NCBI GenBank assembly: GCA_041397045.1
Contig: JAWKXK010000012.1
Coordinates: 83,856-147,855 of the forward strand
Direction of reading: 5' to 3'
Source: Paracoccaceae bacterium
Lineage (GTDB): Bacteria > Pseudomonadota > Alphaproteobacteria > Rhodobacterales > Rhodobacteraceae
Length of the DNA stretch: 64,000 nucleotides
Below, piece after piece: positions 61,491 through 64,000 of this stretch. A program made the translations under genes and the position numbers. The notes under the pieces were generated by a model, which was given only the letters and a program-made list of their open reading frames with translations, had not been told where the DNA came from and did no database searches. Position 1 is the first letter of the stretch. Each line of letters begins with the position of its first letter.

Positions 61491-64000
61491 TGGGGCAGCC
61501 AAGGAGTGGAGACATCGCCGAAGGTGTCGGACGAGGTGAAGAAGACCACCTGCTACATGTGCGCCTGCCGCTGCGGGATCAATGTGCATCTGACCTCTGG
61601 CAAGGTGACCTATATCGAGGGAACCGGGATCATCCGGTGAACAAGGGGGTTCTCTGCGCCAAGGGGGCGTCGGGGATCATGCAGGTGACAGCGCCGAGCC
61701 GTCTGCGCGCGCCGCTGCGTCGGGTGGGGCCGCGCGGATCAGGGGCGTTTGAAGAGATCACGTGGGAAGAGGCGCTGGAGACTGCGGTGGCTTGGTTGAA
61801 GCCGCTGCGGGAGGAAGCGCCGGAGAAGCTGGCGTTCTTTACCGGGCGGGATCAGTCGCAGTCCTTCACCGGGTGGTGGGCACAAGCCTTTGGCACGCCG
61901 AATTATGCGGCGCATGGGGGGTTCTGTTCCGTCAACATGGCGGCGGCGGGGATTTACACGATCGGCGGCGCGTTCTGGGAATTCGGGCAACCGGATTGGG
62001 CGCATACCAAGCTGTTCGTCCTGTTCGGGGTGGCCGAGGATCATGACAGCAACCCGATCAAGATCGGCATCGGCAAGCTGAAGGCGCGGGGGGCGAAGGT
62101 CATCGGGGTGAACCCGGTGCGGACAGGCTACAACGCGGTCGCCGATGGGTGGGGATCACGCCCGGCACGGATGGGCTGCTGATCCTGTCGCTGATCCATT
62201 GCCTGCTGGAGGCGGGGAAGATCGACCTTGACTATCTGGCGCGCTGGACGATGCGCCTTTGCTGGTGAATGGCACGGAAGGCCCGGAGAAGGGGCTGCTC
62301 GTGCGAAACGCCGAAAGCCAGCCCTTTGTCATCGACAAGCGGACGGGGATGCCTGCGCCTTGGGACGGGGCGGGGGTGCAGCCGGACCTTGGGGCTGGTG
62401 GCAGGGGCATCGGACGGTGTTCCAGCATATGGCGGAGCGGTATCTGGGCGAGGAATACGCGCCAGAGGCGGTGGCGGCGCGCTGTGGCGTTCCGGCGGGG
62501 CGGATACGCGGGCTGGCGGCGGAACTGGCGCGGGTAGCGTTCGACGAGGCGTTCGAGCTGCCGGTGGAATGGACGGATTTTCGCGGGGACCGGCATGAGG
62601 GGATGACGGGGCGGCCTGTTTCCTTCCATGCGATGCGGGGGATTTCGGCGCATTCCAACGGGTTCCAGACGGCGCGCGCGCTGCATCTTTTGCAGATATT
62701 GCTGGGGACGGTGGAGGTTCCGGGCGGGTATCGGTTGAAGCCGCCCTATCCGAAGCCCGTGGAGGCGCATCCCACCCCGCATTTCGTGGCGGCGCCGGGC
62801 AAGCCCTTGAGCGGGCCGCATCTGGGCTATGTGCGGGGGCCGGAGAACCTTGCGCTGAAGGAGGACGGCAGCCCGTGGCGGATCGACAAGGGGTTCACCT
62901 GGGAGAACCCGTTTTCCGCGCATGGGTTGATGCATATGGTCATCCCCAATGCCCATGCGGGGGATCCCTACAAGGTGGATACGCTGTTTCTGTATATGGC
63001 GAACATGTCGTGGAATTCGTCGATGAATTCCGCCCGCGTCATGGAGATGCTGACGGATAAGGATGAAAGCGGGGAATATGTCATCCCGCGCATCATCTAT
63101 TCGGATGCCTATGCGTCGGAGATGGTGGCCTATGCCGATCTGATCCTGCCGGATACGACTTACCTTGAGCGGCATGACTGCATTTCCCTGCTGGATCGCC
63201 CGATTTCCGAGCCGGATGCGGCGGGGGATGCGATCCGCTGGCCGGTTGTGGAGCCGGACAGGGATGTGCGGGGGTTCCAGTCGGTTTTGCTGGATCTTGG
63301 GGTGCGGCTGGGCCTGCCGGGGATGGTGAAAGAGGACGGGTCGGCGAAGTTCAGGGACTATGCCGATTACATGGTGAACCATATCCGGCGGCCGGGGGTG
63401 GGGCCGTTGATCGGGTTCCGGGGTGAGGCGGGCGACAAGGAGGGGCGGGGAGAGGCCAATCCGGAGCAGCTTCAGCGTTATATCGAGAATGGCGGCTTCT
63501 ATCAGGCCCATGTGCCGGAGGGGGCGGCCTATATGAAGCCGTGGAATGCGGCCTATCAGGAATGGGCGGTGGCGACGTCCTTCTATGAATCGCCGCAACC
63601 TTACCTGTTTTCGATCTGGTCCGAGCCGATGCGGAAGTTCCAACTGGCGGCCGAGGGGCACGGGTTCCTGCAGCCCCCCGATCATCTGCGCGATCGGTTG
63701 CGGGTGGCGATGGATCCTTTGCCTGTCTGGTATCCTCCGTTCGGGGAGGAGGCGGCTGAGGGCTATCCGGTGCATGCGATCACGCAGCGGCCTATGGCGA
63801 TGTATCATTCCTGGGGGTCGCAGAATGCCTGGCTGCGGCAGATCCACGGGAAGAACTACCTTTATGTGCCGACGGCGATCTGGGAGGGGCAGGGGTTCGC
63901 GGAAGGCGACTATGCGCGGGTGACCTCGCCCAATGGCGAGATCGTGGTGCCTGTGGCGCATATGGCGGCGCTGAACCCCGATACGGTCTGGACGTGGAAT
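61490..64000 (+). CDS. soeA: Molybdopterin oxidoreductase, SoeA-like cytoplasmic sulfite dehydrogenase catalytic subunit (frameshifted, truncated by the window end)
   Basis: TTCYMCACRCGI Fe-S motif, HPVNKGVLCAKG, FFTGRDQSQ, HGGFCSVNM, HAMRGISAHSNGF, YMANMSWNS; no Tat signal; downstream of xsc. Confidence 0.82.

Overview
GC-rich alphaproteobacterial chromosome segment; gene content and order point to Rhodobacteraceae/Paracoccaceae (Rhodobacter/Gemmobacter-like). It is mostly core genome: a photolyase, pepN, gatB, valS, ornithine decarboxylase, gltA-gltX/comEC, lexA-moeA-moaC-trpCDG, trpE-ppiD, gpt-lysE-fabI-pdxH-csp-tRNA-Pro, selO, kbl-tdh, a DUF475/TerC-like gene, tRNA-Cys, and a taurine desulfonation cluster (tpa-tauR-xsc-tauE-ackA-soeA, cut by the window end). 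There are two accessory-looking large surface proteins: an Ig/LamG/RTX adhesin (about 36.3-39.9 kb) and a glycosidase-fold protein with a C-terminal hydrophobic tail next to tRNA-Cys. Many genes carry indels, including essential ones (gltX, valS, fabI), densest at 36-47 kb. This most likely reflects an error-prone long-read consensus, so frameshifts are not treated as pseudogenisation. I found no IS, integrase, prophage or CRISPR array, and no clearly new multi-gene system is proven. The best leads are two candidate structured leader RNAs (upstream of the ornithine decarboxylase and of DUF475), a triple LexA box across the photolyase start codon, the tail-anchored GH-A-like protein, and readable operators for the local TetR, XRE and TauR regulators. 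All family assignments come from motif recognition by eye, not from database searches.
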